Shown: positions 7,814 to 12,776 of the stretch, in pieces
Numbering within the stretch: the stretch's first letter is position 1
Layout of the letters: each line of letters starts with the position of its first letter
Assembly (NCBI GenBank): GCA_048772705.1
Contig: JBLWGC010000076.1
Location: 1 to 12,776, forward strand
DNA: 12,776 bases
Source: Leidyana gryllorum EB-2025a
Taxonomy: Eukaryota; Protista; Apicomplexa
Direction: 5' to 3'
Notes under the pieces: model-generated
Database searches by the model: none
What the model was told of the DNA's origin: nothing
What the model saw: the letters and a program-made list of their open reading frames with translations, nothing else
Program-made: the position numbers and the translations under genes

Positions 7814-9614
7814 CTATGCGAGCATATCCTCAGCATGAGCGGTGGAAGCGGCGTTGTTGCGACGACGCTTTTGGTACACGAATGCCCCCGCAATCGCAGT
7901 GAGCCCCAGAGTTCCGAAGCCCAATGCGTACAGGAACGGTTTGGGAGTGTAGTCATGTACCAGACCGTTGTAGTAGTATACAGCGGTCGAGGCCACGGAC
8001 GAGGCACTGTCCGTTATGGCGTTGATCAAATGATCCAGGAAAGATAGAGCACGGGGGCTTGACGGCTTGTTGCGACGCAGACCACCAGTAGAGAATCCGG
8101 GTTGAGAAACATCTCCGGTATCGGCATCTGCCGCGAGATCCTCCTGCTGCTGCTGCTGCTCGGAGATAGGGGTGACAAACAATTCCTCCGATTGCTCTTC
8201 GGCGATCAGAACATCAGCAGATGCGCCCATCAGTTCGGCTTCCGGCTCCTCCTCGGCAACCATCACTTCAGCTGAGGCTCCAACCAATTCGGCATCCGCC
8301 TGTTCCTCCTCTAGAACCTCAGCTTGGGGGGCTATCACTTCTGCTGCAGTCAATACGATGACAACGGGTTCTTCAGCGATTTCTGCTTCGAGTGGCTCAG
8401 CAACGGCCTCCCACTGAGCGACCACGGGGGTAGCAGTCGTTTCGGTGGCGGCTGCGGCTTGACCCTCGACTTCGGAATCGCCATTTTCTACCAATTCTGT
8501 CTCTTGGCCGACCTGGAGAACGGTTTCCTCCGATTGATCAGCATCGAGACCTTCCAACAACACATCCAATAGCAATTCCGGGATAAGGTCTTCAACAGGC
8601 TCCTGAGGGAACGATTCAGCACCAGGAGTAGAATCTTCAGCAGCGGGGGTAGAATCGGGGAAGAATCTTCAGCAGCGGGGGAAGAATCTTCAGCAGCAGG
8701 GGTAGAATCTTCAGCAGCAGGGGTAGAATCTTCAGCAGCAGCAGCTGTAGTGTCTGGAATAGGGGTTGAGGAAACCTCGGCTCCAGTCAACAGATCTGTG
8801 AGAGCATTGCGAGATTGATCAAACAATTTTTCGATCTTTTCGACCAAATCTGATGGCAGTGGAGCGTCACGGGCATTGCGGATCAACTCCTGGTCTCCGG
8901 CGGGCACTGATGAAGTTGTGATCTCCGAATCCTCGTCGAACGGTGTAGTAGTGGTCGTGGAAGTGGTCGTGTCCTTGCGCATGCCTCCGAGGAAAATTTG
9001 TTCGCCTTCCGGAGCTTCAAACAGCTGTATGATGGTGTGGTCTTGGATCGGCAGCTGTTCCTGCTCTGAAACGGCTGGTATAGGAGTAAGCGCGGTCGAA
9101 GCGGTGGCGCCTCCGCGCGTCACTTCCTCCATTTGGCGGTCCGTTTGGGCCTGTGTTTCTGCAGCACGTTGTGCAGAGTCAATATCATCGACTATTTCGT
9201 CAACGAGTTGTTCCAAGCCGGGGGCCACTAGTGACGATATGGATGGATACATTGCGGTTTCACGTACTGTGCTCTGAGATAACAGCGAGTTGTTTAGCGA
9301 AAACTCCGTTCAAGATATTGCCGTAGAGCTCGATCATTTGAGAATCCTGCAAGAAGCGGGGAAGATTGTGAGATGTGACGTCAGCATCCGCCGCCAATTG
9401 TTGCTCCTCGAGGGGAGATTCCTCGATCTTGATTTCGGCATAGTCTGTCAGAATTGATGAGCATTCGCATAGTTGGGGCGCCTTACCAGCAACATCCATG
9501 GTCAGTGGAACATCTGTGGCGGCAACACCAACAGCGAAAAGAACTACAGACGCAATTAATCTTTGACACAAACACCTTTCACCTACCAGTGGTAATGGTG
9601 AATGACGCAAGCAT
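7814..9614 (-). pseudogene. Copy 4: frameshifted paralog (pseudogene or truncated anchorless 333-aa variant)
   Basis: Exons 9614-9587, 9543-9487, 9444-9268 and 9227 onward. A 10-bp deletion (TTCAGCAGCG missing between 8656 and 8657 relative to copies 3 and 5) shifts the frame and gives a stop at 8488. The remaining homologous sequence down to 7814 is intact but out of frame. Confidence 0.8.
8624..8739 (-). repeat. Coding 21-bp VNTR x6 with internal 10-bp deletion
   Basis: ...GGGGGTAGAATC^GGGGAAGAATC... at 8645-8667. Confidence 0.95.
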
Positions 9615-10369
9615 GATTGAAGCGTTGAACTCCTTCTCGGAATCGACCCTAGACTATGATTCGATCATGTCAACAGTATGCCCCAATTATTAAGATTAAA
9701 TAAAATCATCGAACACATCATCGAACACATCATCGAACACGTATAAATTGATGACCATCAGCCCCCTAGCACCGTGCATCCGCCATGTGAACTGTGCAAA
9801 ATAGTAGTGACGATTCCAACATAGCGGTAGAACGACCAACCTATCACACAGTATGTTTACGGCGTGTGGCATATAAGCCCAAGCTACTGTGCAACTGTGT
9901 ATTGACCCCAGTACAGGCTTTCTCCATGTGGATGCCCGGTCGAACGGCGACCTTGGGTGTGTGCGCAGGATATATTATTATGTTTGACCGGGTGTGTCAC
10001 GGCTCTGTATAACGGCAGAGTGTGTAATACGCGGACAAATATCGTCTAGATGGATATAGGGGTCGTACAATGAAATTCAACTTAGGTTGGTCCTGCATTT
10101 AATCAAACAATCTAAACTAAAAAGTCAAAGGATGTGTGTGTTTCAATAGACATAGCCCTTCTCGCAAAGGTTGCCAGCAGATGCAACTATTTAGAACAGA
10201 CAGTCCTATTAAACAGACAGTCAATGGCGAGCAAACGATTAATCAATAAAAATGCTATATAAACATCTATGCGAGCATATCCTCAGCATGAGCGGTGGAA
10301 GCGGCGTTTTTGCGACGACGCTTCTGGTACACGACTGCCCGCGCAATCGTAAAAATGCTATATAAACAC

Positions 10370-12180
10370 CTATGCGAGCATATCCTCAGCATGAGCGGTG
10401 GAAGCGGCGTTGTTGCGACGACGCTTTTGGTACACGAATGCCCCCGCAATCGCAGTGAGCCCCAGAGTTCCGAAGCCCAATGCGTACAGGAACGGTTTGG
10501 GAGTGTAGTCATGTACCAGACCGTTGTAGTAGTATACAGCGGTCGAGGCCACGGACGAGGCACTGTCCGTTATGGCGTTGATCAAATGATCCAGGAAAGA
10601 TAGAGCACGGGGGCTTGACGGCTTGTTGCGACGCAGACCACCAGTAGAGAATCCGGGTTGAGAAACATCTCCGGTATCGGCATCTGCCGCGAGATCCTCC
10701 TGCTGCTGCTGCTGCTCGGAGATAGGGGTGACAAACAATTCCTCCGATTGCTCTTCGGCGATCAGAACATCAGCAGATGCGCCCATCAGTTCGGCTTCCG
10801 GCTCCTCCTCGGCAACCATCACTTCAGCTGAGGCTCCAACCAATTCGGCATCCGCCTGTTCCTCCTCTAGAACCTCAGCTTGGGGGGCTATCACTTCTGC
10901 TGCAGTCAATACGATGACAACGGGTTCTTCAGCGATTTCTGCTTCGAGTGGCTCAGCAACGGCCTCCCACTGAGCGACCACGGGGGTAGCAGTCGTTTCG
11001 GTGGCGGCTGCGGCTTGACCCTCGACTTCGGAATCGCCATTTTCTACCAATTCTGTCTCTTGGCCGACCTGGAGAACGGTTTCCTCCGATTGATCAGCAT
11101 CGAGACCTTCCAACAACACATCCAATAGCAATTCCGGGATAAGGTCTTCAACAGGCTCCTGAGGGAACGATTCAGCACCAGGAGTAGAATCTTCAGCAGC
11201 GGGGGTAGAATCTTCAGCAGCGGGGGAAGAATCTTCAGCAGCGGGGGAAGAATCTTCAGCAGCAGGGGTAGAATCTTCAGCAGCAGGGGTAGAATCTTCA
11301 GCAGCAGCAGCTGTAGTGTCTGGAATAGGGGTTGAGGAAACCTCGGCTCCAGTCAACAGATCTGTGAGAGCATTGCGAGATTGATCAAACAATTTTTCGA
11401 TCTTTTCGACCAAATCTGATGGCAGTGGAGCGTCACGGGCATTGCGGATCAACTCCTGGTCTCCGGCGGGCACTGATGAAGTTGTGATCTCCGAATCCTC
11501 GTCGAACGGTGTAGTAGTGGTCGTGGAAGTGGTCGTGTCCTTGCGCATGCCTCCGAGGAAAATTTGTTCGCCTTCCGGAGCTTCAAACAGCTGTATGATG
11601 GTGTGGTCTTGGATCGGCAGCTGTTCCTGCTCTGAAACGGCTGGTATAGGAGTAAGCGCGGTCGAAGCGGTGGCGCCTCCGCGCGTCACTTCCTCCATTT
11701 GGCGGTCCGTTTGGGCCTGTGTTTCTGCAGCACGTTGTGCAGAGTCAATATCATCGACTATTTCGTCAACGAGTTGTTCCAAGCCGGGGGCCACTAGTGA
11801 CGATATGGATGGATACATTGCGGTTTCACGTACTGTGCTCTGAGATAACAGCGAGTTGTTTAGCGAAAACTCCGTTCAAGATATTGCCGTAGAGCTCGAT
11901 CATTTGAGAATCCTGCAAGAAGCGGGGAAGATTGTGAGATGTGACGTCAGCATCCGCCGCCAATTGTTGCTCCTCGAGGGGAGATTCCTCGATCTTGATT
12001 TCGGCATAGTCTGTCAGAATTGATGAGCATTCGCATAGTTGGGGCGCCTTACCAGCAACATCCATGGTCAGTGGAACATCTGTGGCGGCAACACCAACAG
12101 CGAAAAGAACTACAGACGCAATTAATCTTTGACACAAACACCTTTCACCTACCAGTGGTAATGGTGAATGACGCAAGCAT
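10370..12180 (-). CDS. Copy 5: spliced 561-aa paralog
   Basis: Exons 12180-12153, 12109-12053, 12010-11834 and 11793-10370. It has 6 heptad repeats and a D>E change (11498) shared with copy 4. Confidence 0.88.
11180..11305 (-). repeat. Coding 21-bp VNTR x6 (T,T,S,S,T,T)
   Basis: Same as copy 3. Confidence 0.97.
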
Positions 12181-12776
12181 GATTGAAGCGTTGAACTCCT
12201 TCTCGGAATCGACCCTAGACTATGATTCGATCATGTCAACAGTATGCCCCAATTATTAAGATTAAATAAAATCATCGAACACATCATCGAACACATCATC
12301 GAACACGTATAAATTGATGACCATCAGCCCCCTAGCACCGTGCATCCGCCATGTGAACTGTGCAAAATAGTAGTGACGATTCCAACATAGCGGTAGAACG
12401 ACCAACCTATCACACAGTATGTTTACGGCGTGTGGCATATAAGCCCAAGCTACTGTGCAACTGTGTATTGACCCCAGTACAGGCTTTCTCCATGTGGATG
12501 CCCGGTCGAACGGCGACCTTGGGTGTGTGCGCAGGATATATTATTATGTTTGACCGGGTGTGTCACGGCTCTGTATAACGGCAGAGTGTGTAATACGCGG
12601 ACAAATATCGTCTAGATGGATATAGGGGTCGTACAATGAAATTCAACTTAGGTTGGTCCTGCATTTAATCAAACAATCTAAACTAAAAAGTCAAAGGATG
12701 TGTGTGTTTCAATAGACATAGCCCTTCTCGCAAAGGTTGCCAGCAGATGCAACTATTTAGAACAGACAGTCCTATT

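Larger units (their letters stand above)
1..12776. repeat. Tandem array of five near-identical ~2.55-kb gene-containing units
   Basis: Identical ORFs recur at spacings of 2544, 2544, 2566 and 2556 bp. Unit lengths are 2544, 2544, 2566, 2556 and 2566. Differences I found: VNTR composition and number, a 1-bp insertion, a 10-bp deletion and three SNPs. Confidence 0.99.

Noticed and set aside
7814-8575. 253-aa ORF as an independent gene
   Set aside because: It is the out-of-frame remainder of copy 4, with a TTG start and no signal peptide.

Overview
Eukaryotic DNA made of exactly five head-to-tail copies of a ~2.55-kb unit (1-2544, 2545-5088, 5089-7654, 7655-10210, 10211-12776), more than 99% identical. 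Each unit carries one minus-strand gene that the ORF track splits and mis-starts. Three very short GT-AG introns (43, 42 and 40 nt, all phase 1) join the '116 aa' and '475/482 aa' ORFs into a 554-561 aa cysteine-free, acidic, low-complexity type I membrane protein. It has an N-terminal signal peptide, an RxLxD (PEXEL-like) motif, a Thr tract, a copy-variable AAEDS(T/S)P repeat, a C-terminal TM helix and a short KRRR tail. Copy 4 has a 10-bp deletion that shifts the frame and removes the anchor. Every unit also carries a 103-bp duplicate of the tail-coding end of the gene. The architecture resembles an amplified surface or secreted antigen locus of a protist parasite (possibly apicomplexan or another alveolate; this is inference). 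I do not recognise the protein family. No RNA genes, transposons or CRISPR arrays were seen.
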